IMG/VR virus record: IMGVR_UViG_3300026274_000001 | Source: a virus | Lineage: Duplodnaviria > Caudoviricetes | Reading direction: 5' to 3' (one strand) | DNA: 64,000 bases | In this document: positions 63,720 to 64,000 of the stretch, piece after piece | Position numbering within the stretch: the first letter of the stretch is position 1 | Layout: each line of letters begins with the position of its first letter | Program-made: the position numbers and the translations under genes | Notes under the pieces: model-generated | Told to the model about the DNA's origin: nothing | Database searches by the model: none | The model's input: only the letters and a program-made list of their open reading frames with translations

Positions 63720-64000
63720 TAACGCACTGTTCCGCACATTCATTAAGTCAATTGAAGAGCCTGGTAACACAAGCCCTACTATTTCCTTTGTGAGTTTGCG
63801 GTTCATGCGACCTGAATTCCAAATTTGGGTCGACAGTTCTATGTTACGCGATGCGGCAAAGTCAGCACTTAATGCTGACTTGCAATATCTTAGATACAGT
63901 ATTGATAACATGGGATGGCGAAGTTTACTACCCAGGGTCAGAAAGCAACTAAAGAATCTAGCAAGTATTCGTGATCAACTCTTTGCTGATTACGAATTCC
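63691..64000 (+). CDS. Hypothetical protein (3' partial)
   Basis: MMGKVPLIPDNALFRTFIK... open to window end. Confidence 0.6.
   Translation, partial: MMGKVPLIPDNALFRTFIKSIEEPGNTSPTISFVSLRFMRPEFQIWVDSSMLRDAAKSALNADLQYLRYSIDNMGWRSLLPRVRKQLKNLASIRDQLFADYEF

Noticed and set aside
63678-63911. 77-aa minus-strand ORF
   Set aside because: Shadow of the plus-strand ORF 63691->64000, which is open to the window end
1-64000. CRISPR array or cas genes
   Set aside because: No regularly spaced 25-40 bp repeats with unique spacers seen
1-64000. Stop-codon reassignment
   Set aside because: TAA, TGA and TAG all terminate genes, and conserved proteins (ClpX, GuaC, ThrRS core, topoisomerase) read through intact in code 11

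Overview
64-kb segment of a large lytic dsDNA (jumbo, T4-superfamily-related) phage, probably infecting an alphaproteobacterium. That host call is inferred from the ThrRS, CCA enzyme, YccA and Smr sequences. About 30% of the window is four arrays holding roughly 57 highly diverged paralogs of one small protein family, sharing only a C-terminal '[DE]xxA-h-x-F-[KR]-L-x-W/F' helix (here 'FKLxW family'). Between the arrays lie a split type II topoisomerase, GMP reductase, a HAD nucleotidase, RNase HI, a PNK-like kinase, and partial 7-deazaguanine machinery (QueD and a TGT/DpdA-fold protein). There is also a translation and protein quality-control set (IF3, editing-less ThrRS, CCA enzyme, tRNA-Arg(UCU), Smr, ClpX, ClpS, YccA, and Hsp20 with a ROSE-like thermometer), a GIY-YIG endonuclease, a SleB hydrolase and several virion-like genes. 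The most unusual observation is that peptides resembling the T4 gp23 major-capsid helix and the gp20 portal clip are fused to non-structural proteins: QueD carries both, and one FKLxW protein carries the capsid helix. All family calls come from motif recognition by eye; no searches were run.
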